A stretch of DNA of 58,919 nt, filler included, from Nemertoderma westbladi (taxonomy: Eukaryota > Animalia > Xenacoelomorpha), in NCBI GenBank assembly GCA_032718475.1. It is 3 parts of 3 records of this genome, joined end to end, with 100 filler letters (N's around TTAATTAATTAA, not from the genome) between each part and the next. Parts side by side here need not be neighbours in the genome. Positions count along the whole stretch, not along the records: positions 35,137 to 58,919 come from JAUCBJ010006162.1; 2 more parts are not named here. One strand, written 5' to 3'. A program made the position numbers and the translations under genes. Below the pieces are notes generated by a model, which had not been told where the DNA came from, searched no databases, and saw only the letters and a program-made list of their open reading frames with translations. Positions 48,865-58,919 of this stretch are shown here, piece by piece. The stretch's first letter is position 1. Each line of letters starts with the position of its first letter.

Positions 48865-51280
48865 ACATTCAATATGCGCGCTGCTCGTTAAGTAAGTTAG
48901 GTTAACATTCAATATGCGCGCTGCTCGTTAAATAAGTTAGGTTAAAGTTAGGTTAATGAATAGGTCTAACTGTAGATTATGCAATGTATAAGTTTAAGTT
49001 CAAAAAATAAGTAATATTGAAAATAATGTATAAAACAACAGATGAAGACAAACCAAAAACATTCAAAATGCGCGCTGCTCCTTAAGTAAGTTAGATTAAG
49101 GTTAGGTTAATGAATAGGTCTAACTGTAGATTATGCAATGTATAAGTTTAAGTTCAAAAAATAAGTAATATTGAAAATAATGTATAAAACAACAGATGAA
49201 GACAAACCAAAAACATTCAAAATGCGCGCTGCTCCTTAAGTAAGTTAGATTAAGGTTAGGTTAATGAATAGGTCTAACTGTAGATTATGCAATGTATAAG
49301 TTTAAGTTCAAAAAATAAGTAATATTGAAAATAATGCATAAAACAACAGATTAAGACAAACCAGAAACATTCAAAATGCGCGCTGCTCGTTAAGTAAGTT
49401 ATAACATTCAATATGCGCGCTGCTCGTTAAATAAGTTAGGTTAAAGTTAGGTTAATGAATAGGTCTAACTGTAGATTATGCAATGTATAAGTTTAAGTTC
49501 AGAAAAAATAAGTAATATTGAAAATAATGCATAAAACAACAGGTGAAGACAAACCAAAAACATTCAATATGCGCGCTGCTCGTTAAGTAAGTTAGATTAA
49601 GGTTAGGTTAATGAATAAGTCTAACTGTAGATTATGCAATGTATAAGTTTAAGTTCAAAAAATAAGTAATATTGAAAATAATGTACAAAACAACAGGTGA
49701 AGACAAACCAAAAACATTCAATATGCGCGCTGCTCGTTAAGTAAGTTAGGTTAACATTCAATATGCGCGCTGCTCGTTAAATAAGTTAGGTTAAAGTTAG
49801 GTTAATGAATAGGTCTAACTGTAGATTATGCAATGTATAAGTTTAAGTTCAAAAAATAAGTAATATTGAAAATAATGCATAAAACAACAGATTAAGACAA
49901 ACCAAAAACATTCAATATGCGCGCTGCTCGTTAAGTAAGTTAGATTAAGGTTAGGTTAATGAATAAGTCTAACTGTAGATTATGCAATGTATAAGTTTAA
50001 GTTCAAAAAATAAGTAATATTGAAAATAATGCATAAAACAACAGATTAAGACAAACCAAAAACATTCAAAATGCGCGCTGCTCGTTAAATAAGTTAGGTT
50101 AACATTCAATATGCGCGCTGCTCCTTAAGTAAGTTAGATTAAGGTTAGGTTAATGAATAGGTCTAACTGTAGATTATGCAATGTATAAGTTTAAGTTCAA
50201 AAAATAAGTAATATTGAAAATAATGCATAAAACAACAGATTAAGACAAACCAGAAACATTCAAAATGCGCGCTGCTCGTTAAGTAAGTTATAACATTCAA
50301 TATGCGCGCTGCTCGTTAAGTAAGTTAGGTTACCATTCAATATGCGCGCTGCTCGTTAAGTAAGTTAGGTTAACATTCAATATGCGCGCTGCTCGTTAAG
50401 TAAGTTAGGTTAACATTCAATATGCGCGCTGCTCGTTAAGTAAGTTAGGTTAACATTCAATATGCACGCTGCTCGTTAAGTAAGTTAGGTTAACATTCAA
50501 TATGCGCGCTGCTCGTTAAGTAAGTTAGGTTACCATTCAATATGCGCGCTGCTCGTTAAGTAAGTTAGGTTAACATTCAATATGCGCGCTGCTCGTTAAG
50601 TAAGTTAGGTTAACATTCAATATGCGCGCTGCTCGTTAAGTAAGTTAGGTTACCATTCAATATGCGCGCTGCTCGTTAAGTAAGTTAGGTTAACATTCAA
50701 TATGCGCGCTGCTCGTTAAGTAAGTTAGGTTACCATTCAATATGCGCGCTGCTCGTTAAGTAAGTTAGGTTACCATTCAATATGCGCGCTGCTCCTTAAG
50801 TAAGTTAGGTTAACATTCAATATGCGCGCTGCTCGTTAAGTAAGTTAGATTAAAGTTAGGTTAATGAATAGGTCTAACTGTAGATTATGCAATGTATAAG
50901 TTTAAGTTCAAAAAATAAGTAATATTGAAAATAATGCATAAAACAACAGATTAAGACAAACCAGAAAACATTCAATATGCGCGCTGCTCGTTAAGTAAGT
51001 TAGATTAAAGTTAGGTTAATGAATAAGTCTAACTGTAGATTATGCAATGTATAAGTTTAAGTTCAAAAAATAAGTAATATTGAAAATAATGCATAAAACA
51101 ACAGATTAAGACAAACCAGAAACATTCAATATGCGCGCTGCTCGTTAAGTAAGTTAGATTAAAGTTAGGTTAATGAATAAGTCTAACTGTAGATTATGCA
51201 ATGTATAAGTTTAAGTTCAAAAAATAAGTAATATTGAAAATAATGCATAAAACAACAGATTAAGACAAACCAGAAACATT
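48865..51280. repeat. Compound tandem array of 154-bp and 40-bp units
   Basis: The 40-mer AACATTCAATATGCGCGCTGCTCGTTAAGTAAGTTAGGTT is the head of the 154-mer. A pure 40-mer run spans ~50293-50850. Confidence 0.95.
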
Positions 51281-51350
51281 CTGGTTTGCCTTACTATATT
51301 ACCTATATTGCACTTACCTATATGCTATATTTTGCTTATGGTAATTTATT

Positions 51351-51612
51351 ATTCTGTTTCCTAAACGAATGCGTGTTGACCACTATGGGTGATCTTCCAC
51401 ATTAAACCCTTCCACTGTTTCCTAAAGTAATGCCTGTTCACCACCATAGGTGATCTTCCATATTAAACCCTTCCACTCTGTTTCCTAAAGTAATGCTTTT
51501 TCACCACAATGGGTGATCTTCCACAGTAAACCCTTCCACTATGTTTCCTAAAGTAATGCTTTTTCACCACAATGGGTGATCTTCCACAGTAAACCCTTTC
51601 ACTCTGTTTCCC
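51351..51612. repeat. Terminal ~4 diverged units of the 63-bp satellite
   Basis: The same unit resumes after the insertion, in register with 48344. Confidence 0.92.
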
Positions 51613-51780
51613 AAGTTGCCTTAGTTCCTATTTATCGACCAGTAAAGGATGAAAGCCTGGGCTGGGCAAGGCTGCAGCATTTTAAAGCAATGTGTCCAAG
51701 TAGTGTTGCCCCATCTAGGGATCGAACCAGGACCCCCTGATTGGATGCCAAGGAATGTCACTAGTAGACCAACCTGCTGC
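51605..51780 (-). mobile_element. tRNA-derived SINE
   Basis: Minus-strand A-box-like TGGTCTACTAGTG and B box GGTTCGATCCC, then CAGGCTTTCATCCTTTACTGGTCGATAAATAGGAAC resembling a widespread SINE central motif. Confidence 0.75.
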
Positions 51781-52032
51781 TTGGTACTAAATAACTTATT
51801 TATAACTAATAACTAATTAAATAATCGAAATATTGTAGATTTCTGCTATGTTTTGATCTTGTTAATACAGATATACCAAGTATTATTACACCGCTGATCT
51901 ATGGAAGGAGTTACATATGAAAGTTTTCTTTTTACACATCCGCATTATAATTACTGTAGGGCCAATTTATTATTATTATTACTGTATAATGAGATTTATT
52001 TTCGCACATATCATGATATTTTATTATCGCAG

Positions 52033-52322
52033 GGAAATACTTCGCCTTTAAGGAACAGTTAAAACATTCAGTAATCAAAATAGTGAGAGAGAAATATTTG
52101 CGAACCTCACGGTTTAAAGACGAAAGCGAACTGCAAACATTCCTTAGCGAGTTATACGTCTACCTGTTGGACGAGATGCATGTGGGATTAGGTGAATATC
52201 TCAGTCCCAAAGATAAAACACCGGTGCCAGAACCACCGCTCGATGTCGACCAATTAAAAGTGTTCGCTATAGAGGCAGAGGAGGGCGGGAAAATTGAATT
52301 AGCTTCGCGATATTACCAACAG
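52033..52322 (+). CDS. CFAP70: Cilia- and flagella-associated protein 70 (TTC18) exon
   Basis: Acceptor tcgcag, donor gttagc, phase 1/0. Encodes (G)KYFAFKEQLKHSVIKIVREKYLRTSRFKDESELQTFLSELYVYLLDEMH...LKVFAIEAE...ASRYYQQ. Confidence 0.92.
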
Positions 52323-52497
52323 GTTAGCTCACTAACCAGAATTAAAAGGTGATTCATAGGACTGAATATAACCAAAACAATAAGTGCATTAATAAATCAC
52401 CACTGCTAGAAGAAAGCTTAGAGTGATACAGGAAGAGATTAATTATAATAATTGCTGTGATTGGCTATTTATAATTTTAATCATTACTACTTTACAG

Positions 52498-52630
52498 CGA
52501 TTGGCTATCGATAGAAAGAATGCTTCATTTTGGTTCGATTACGCCGTGTTTAATCTCTCTATTGGAAACACCGAGAAAGCTAGAGAATGTGTCAAAGAGA
52601 CAGTGTCACTGAATCAGGGACACATTGATG
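52498..52630 (+). CDS. CFAP70: CFAP70 exon (TPR)
   Basis: Acceptor tttacag, donor gtgagt, phase 0/1. Encodes RLAIDRKNASFWFDYAVFNLSIGNTEKARECVKETVSLNQGHID. Confidence 0.9.
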
Positions 52631-54033
52631 GTGAGTATAACACCGAGAAAGTTAGATATTGTGTCAAAGAGACAGTGTCACTGAATCAGGGCCACATTGA
52701 TGGCGAGTATAACACCGAGAAAGCTAGATAATGTGTCAAAGAGACAGTGTCACTGAATCAGGGCCACATTGATGGTGAGTATAACACAGATAAAGCTAGA
52801 TAATGTGTCAAAGAGACAGTGTCACTGAATCAGGGCCACATTGATGGTGAGTATAACACCGAGAAAGCTAGATAATGTGTCAAAGAGATAGTGTTACTGA
52901 ATCAGGGCCACATTGATGGTGAGTATAACACCTAGAAAGCTAGATAATGTGTCAAAGATATAGTGTTACTGAATCAGGGCCACATTGATGGTGAGTATAA
53001 CACCTAGAAAGCTAGATAATGTGTCAAAGAGATAGTGTTACTGAATCAGGGCCACATTGATGGTGAGTATAACACCTAGAGAGCTAGATAATGTGTCAAA
53101 GATATAGTGTTACTGAATCAGGGCCACATTGATGGTGAGAGTGTTACTGAATCAGGGCCACATTGATGGTGAGTATAACACCTAGAAAGCTAGATAATGT
53201 GTCAAAGAGATAGTGTTACTGAATCAGGGCCACATTGATGGTGAGTATAACACCGAGAAAGCTAGATAATGTGTCAAAGAGATAGTGTCACTGAATCAGG
53301 GCCACATTGATGGTGAGTATAACACATAGAGAGCTAGATAATGTGTCAAAGAGATAGTGTTACTGAATCAGGGCCACATTGATGGTGAGTATAACACCGA
53401 GAAAGCTAGATAATGTGTCAAAGAGATAGTGTCACTGAATCAGGGCCACATTGATGGTGAGTATAACACCGAGAAAGCTAGATAATGTGTCAAAGAGATA
53501 GTGTTACTGAATCAGGGCCACATTGATGGTGAGTATAACACCGAGAAAGCTAGATAATGTGTCAAAGAGACAGTGTCACTGAATCAGGGCCACATTGATG
53601 GTGAGTATAACACCGAGAAAGCTAGATAATGTGTCAAAGAGATAGTGTCACTGAATCAGGGCCACATTGATGGTGAGTATAACACCGAGAAAGCTAGATA
53701 ATGTGTCAAAGAGATAGTGTTACTGAATCAGGGCCACATTGATGGTGAGTATAACACCGAGAAAGCTAGATAATGTGTCAAAGAGACAGTGTCACTGAAT
53801 CAGAGCCACATTGATGGTGAGTATAACACCTAGAAAGCTAGATAATGTGTCAAAGAGATAGTATTACTGAATCAGGGCCACATTGATGGTGAGTATAACA
53901 CCTAGAAAGCTAGATAATGTGTCAAAGAGTTAGTATTACTGAATCAGGGCCACATTGATGGTGAGTATAACACCTAGAAAGCTAGATAATGTGTCAAAGA
54001 GACAGTGTCACTGAATCAGGGCCACATTGATGG
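52567..54033 (+). repeat. 72-bp tandem array (~21 units) made of the last 64 nt of the CFAP70 exon plus its donor GTGAGTAT
   Basis: Units start at 52567, 52639, 52711 and onward. One short unit near 53140. Confidence 0.97.
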
Positions 54034-54552
54034 TTCTAGGGGGTCAAAAGATCATGATCGCGAAATGATCAGTTTTTTCGAAATTACTTCTGAGCATTTT
54101 GGGGCAAAACTTTCAAACTAAAAAACATTCACTGGAGTGTTCTAAGTAGATTAAAAAAAATTTCGACTCAATAGGCCTACCGGTACCGGAGATATGGTCG
54201 CCCAAAGTCTGCTTCCGGTAATTCGAAAATATTTCGAAAACCCTTGATCGAATTTTTTCCTTGAAAATATGTGAATGTACAGTTAGTGGATCCGCATTTA
54301 ACGATATATCACAATCCATATTTCGGATGACAGGTACCGGTGAAATCAGACTTTACCGAAAAAAATTCAAATTTTAGCTACTCATGTCTGACTATCTCGA
54401 AAACTATAATAGGTATGGAAATACTTTCACTGCAAGAAATGATCGCCTATCCAATGCGCTTCTAACTCTGTGCTCGGATTTTGCATAGTGTCAAAATCTA
54501 CAACTTAACCCCCCCAGCGGAGGGAACGGAGTGACCGGAGCGCCAGTACTAT
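54034..54552 (-). mobile_element. Non-autonomous element fragment that terminates the 72-bp array
   Basis: Abrupt junction at 54034. Other end CCCCCAGCGGAGGGAACGGAGTGACCGGAGCGCCAGTACTAT resembles HINE-type termini. Confidence 0.35.
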
Positions 54553-57206
54553 CTTTCATTGTTATGAAGTAATAAGGGTGGTGGGTGGGGTAGGTGGTGA
54601 ACACTATTTATAGGGTGGAGGGAGGGTCTGTATTACTTTAGGATATTTGATTTCTTTGCAATATAGTTTAGCTGCCTCAGTCTTATTTGTAATATGTTAT
54701 ACATTATACCAAATTATATCAAGTTTTAAAATACTACATTGTCTACCTGTAGGAGAAATATACAATGTAGGGCTCATAATATATTTATAAATAGATTTAG
54801 TATATTTACATTGTATAACAGAGTTAATTGATACTATTACGGTATTATACTAACGACGCCGCTTTGATATATCTGATCAAATGGCAATTTCTTGTATATT
54901 ATCTATTTCACTATCTTGGGTATATCATTCAATTTCTAAAACTATAATAATAAACATTTACTTCACTTCTTGTTTACTCGCATGGATATATTGATATAAA
55001 ACACTTCAGTATAATATCTTATAGGGCCAAACGCAGATTAATCGGAATAATATGTTTAATTATTATTACAATTGGCACATTGAAGTAAGTAGTACATGAG
55101 TTTGATAAAATAATTATGAATCTGTATCTTATTCTACTTTGTCTATATGATTATGTTATATAATAATGTTACTTTATCACTTTGGTTTAAACCGATCTCC
55201 TTTACTATTACTTACTACTTCTACTACTACTACTACTATTACTACTACTACTACTGACTACTACAGAGTTATATATTATAAGAGGAGGGGGTTCGTGATT
55301 ATTAGTTATTATACAAGTGCCCCTCGGCTATAGAGAGTCCACCCTCGGTTGCTTACTGGATGGTTCGGCTGCAACAGGAGAGCCCAAGGCTCGACAGAGA
55401 ATTATGAGGTATAGATACTGCAGCCTATTTAACGGAACATAGAAACCAACATCAACACCAACTTCAAACCTCATAATTTAACGGTCTAGTATCACTCCTT
55501 ATCAAGTAGGCATTTTGCTTTGATCTTTTTTTAGGTGGATCTTTAAAGGATTTTTCCAGGAGAACGGCGAAAGCTAGAACGATTCTGTTTGCGCAATCTG
55601 GTAGATGGCCCTAGCACGATAGCTAGGAGTTTTTGTGGAAAAAATCTGTTAATTAATTAATTAGTAATTAGCGATTAAAGATTTCTAATTGATTTTTCTC
55701 GAAAAGTATTTGGTTTTTCCCCTAGCAACGGTGTTTTTTTTTGTTCATCTCGGTAAGATCTAAAAAAAGTTCAGTCATCGCTATGGCCCACCTATTACTG
55801 TTAATTAGTACTAATTAGCCGAAAACTAATTAGCGTCGTAACTCGAAAACACTAAGAGCTATGAAAAAACGTAACATCACAAAATTGTTCAGAATTTTAT
55901 TCTACACAAAAAAGTCTCTGGCGCCGATGCCGTATCTCCTACCGTTAATTAGTAATTAACTAATTACTTAATTACCTAATTGGCGGGGGGGCTTTGCCCC
56001 CCCGCCTCCCAAATACTTATTCACAACGTGTATCAAAGCGGTTTACTATTTTACAAATGATAATTATTCTAAAATCTTTTGAATCGAACTAATTAACGAT
56101 TTTACTAATTAGTAAAGTTTCCCAAATTAATTAATAATTTATCCACTCCTGGCTGCAAATAATTAAACAGCTGAGTCGTCAGCCTGGTTTGATGAACTTG
56201 ATGAAATCATAAAGTCAGTAGTTGCTGTATGCCATTACTGACTAAAACTATATACCAAACACCTCTTGCCGGTAGCTATCTCCACAGTCTGTAGCAAGCA
56301 CCGGTGCAGGTATGGTAGGCCTACATGTATGGCATATATAGTGGAGGTTCTTTTGGCAGATAGGCCTAGTCAAAACGTTACATCAGATGCCGTATTTTAG
56401 TCAAAACGTACCCTATCTTCATAGTTGAGTATTGTCAATACAGGAATATCAAAGTACTCCTGCAGTCCTGTACTTAGTATACCCATCTGCCCATGTACAG
56501 TAACTGGCTGACATAGTTACCCTTAGTTTGTAGGCTATAGATGATTGACGTTTCTAGCAATGTTCTTAACGTTGGGATTTTACTGGAAGTTATTAATACC
56601 ATAGTTTACCCCAAAAAAACTAAAATTACCCAAATCGCACCAAATCAAAATAAATCTTATAACAGCAACACGGGCTATCTGACGATATGGATTAGATCAA
56701 TGTAGCGGATAGTGACCATTGAAGGGCTTCTTATGCATGCAAAGGAAAATATGATCAGACCCAAATCACACAGTCAGACCTGATCTTTTGCTGATCAAAT
56801 ACCGGTAGGTGACTTTGCTGATATGCAGTAACATTTTACGGTACAATTTGATGCGAAAATGTTTTGGCCAGTACTCTGAACCTTCCATTGGGTTCCCAGG
56901 TCACGCGCCTACCGTGGTCACTGTATCTGGCACCTGATTGGCTATAATATTCAAACGCTGAAAACTTACCTAGGCCTTGACAATTAGTGATAAGATTTTA
57001 TGCGAATATGTTTTGGATGGTGTTCTGAATCTCGCGTTGAGGTCCCAAGTCACCCCCATACCGTGGTCATCAGATACGGCGCCTGATTGGCTAATTCTTA
57101 GAACGACGATAACTCGAGTTTGCTTCACTTTGGGATGAAGTTTGAAGGCTAGGAATATTCTCTGGATGATGCCCCAACTCACTGATGATGTTTCATAGCT
57201 GTGACG

Positions 57207-57755
57207 ATGAGTTTAACTGGTGCATCGACTCTGCATACGAATTATCGAGCATGGCAATGAGTTTAACCACTGCGTCAACTCAGCGTACGAATTATCTTCC
57301 GTGTCAATGTGTTTAACCGCTGCATCGACGCCGCGTACGAATTATGCTCCATGAAAATGAGTTTAACCGCTGCATCGACGCCGCGTACGAATTATCCTCC
57401 GTGGAAATGAGTTTAACCGCTGCGTCGATGCCGTGTACGAATTATCCTCCGTGTAAATGAGTTTAACCCCTGCGTCGACGCCGCGTACGAATTATCCTCC
57501 GTGAAAATGAGTTTAACCACTGCGACAACACCGCGTACAAACTATCCTCCGCGACAATGAGTTTAACCGCTGCGACGACGCCGCGTATGAATTATTGATC
57601 GTGGCAATGAGTTTAACCACTGCGACGACGCCGCATACGAATTATTGATCGTGGAAATGAGTTTAACCGCTGCGACGACGCCGCGTACGAATTATTGATC
57701 GTGGAAATGAGTTTAACCACTGCATCGACTACACGACACGTACAAATTATTGACT
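57207..57755. repeat. 50-bp minisatellite, 11 copies
   Basis: ATG(A/T)GTTTAAC recurs every 50 bp from 57207 to 57707. Confidence 0.93.
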
Positions 57756-58919
57756 GCGCTGCGCCTACGAATTTTATTGCTGGGACAACTTTACGAATGA
57801 AATATTATCCTCGGCCACTAATGCAATAAATTAATATATAGTAATAATTTTTGCAATTTACGTAATTTGCGTTTTGTAATTTTCAACAAATTTAAATTAA
57901 ATTTATAGTACTGTAATGTTTTTGTTTTGTAATAATTTATTGTAATAAATGCCAATTAATCTCAATTTACTTCTTAGTTCAACCTCTTCCCTAGATATAA
58001 CTACTAAAGTTAAATAAGAAACGCAATTATGTGCTTATCAACCCCGCGGGATATATGTATTGGTTTTTTTTATTGGTATTATTGGTATTGTTTACACAAA
58101 TATTTTTTGGTAATTTTTTATTACCGGTATATATATAATTGTTCATTTAATTTTGTGTGTAAACGCTACGCCGACAACCACTGCTAACAATGTGAAGTAT
58201 GAAAATGTATCCTGAGTTCGCGACTTTTGTTTATTGTTTTGGTTAGAATAACCTTCCACTGTAACCCGATCCGATTAATTTGTTTTAACAATGGTTTCGG
58301 CGTTGGTTGTCGGCATTTTTACACCCTTTAATTTTGCAGTTGTGTATTAACAATGGTTGTCGGCGTTGGTTGTCAATTGTCGGCGTTTTTACACCCTTTA
58401 ATTTTGCAGTTGTGTATTACAACAGGGCGATATCCATTCATTTTAATTTTTTTGTTATAAAACAATTTTAATTAATGCAAAGTAGCAAATGCCACGCTGT
58501 TATCCAACAACCACAGCTGAATTTGAAACTGAAACCTGTGCTAATGACTCTCGTTTATTGTTTTGGTTAAAATGACCTTCCGCTGTAACCTGTCAGCCTG
58601 TTCATTTACACTCATTTATAATTACCATTAATTAGTGCTAATTGGTTTTCAGCCTAGCGTTTACACCTTTGTAACGCCTGCATTTGCATTTAAGTAATAG
58701 CGATTTCTTGCACGACGCCACTCATTATTTTGTAATTCCAAACAATTTTGTATAAAATATCATATACATATACATATTATATATATATATTAGCAGGGTT
58801 GGCCTAACGAAACGAAACGAAAGAAATTTCAATTTCGTTTCATGTATATAGTAATTTACTATCAGTACCGGTATTGCCTTACAGTATTATTGTGGAATGG
58901 GCAGCCGGGCACTAAGCTA

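Larger units (their letters stand above)
48345..51350 (-). mobile_element. 3-kb insertion in the satellite, probably a non-autonomous Penelope-like element
   Basis: Target ATTCTGTTTCCTAAA duplicated at 48330-48344 and 51351-51365. Perfect 42-bp inverted repeat at 48389-48430 and 51312-51353. Hammerhead-like motif present; no ORF. Confidence 0.6.

Noticed and set aside
48865-51280. TTAGG motifs as telomeric repeats
   Set aside because: Only one or two interrupted copies per unit; no true telomeric tract
57207-57755. CRISPR-like appearance of the 50-bp array (also considered for the 63- and 72-bp arrays)
   Set aside because: The intervening parts are homologous to each other rather than unique spacers, the context is eukaryotic, and there are no cas genes

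Overview
AT-rich, repeat-dense invertebrate animal genomic DNA. It consists of three contigs joined by artificial 100-bp spacers (N44-TTAATTAATTAA-N44 at 18927-19026 and 35037-35136), so adjacency across the spacers is not biological evidence. Contig 1 (1-18926): three minus-strand exons of an SNX7/SNX30-type sorting nexin (BAR region), an intronless CTF8 gene nested on the same strand in one of its introns, an intronless calcineurin B CDS, a probable LTR, fold-back elements and minisatellites next to splice donors. Contig 2 (19027-35036): three exons of an anion-selective Cys-loop (GABA/RDL-like) subunit with 2'Ser and 6'Met in M2. Its 11.6-kb intron holds nested transposons: a Helentron-like host, a piggyBac MITE, a 4.3-kb Mutator element with a frameshifted transposase, a P-like fold-back and an L2 tail. 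Contig 3 (35137-58919): a 63-bp satellite of at least 13 kb with 16-mer and 54-mer higher-order duplications. It is continuous with a tRNA-derived SINE and is interrupted by a Penelope-like insertion carrying a variant minimal hammerhead ribozyme. Two CFAP70 exons follow; the 3' end and splice donor of the second are tandemly amplified about 20 times. Gene calls rest on manual translation and remembered family motifs, not database searches. No new protein system is evident. The most unusual signals are the splice-donor-containing tandem arrays, the SINE-seeded satellite and the ribozyme-bearing insertion.
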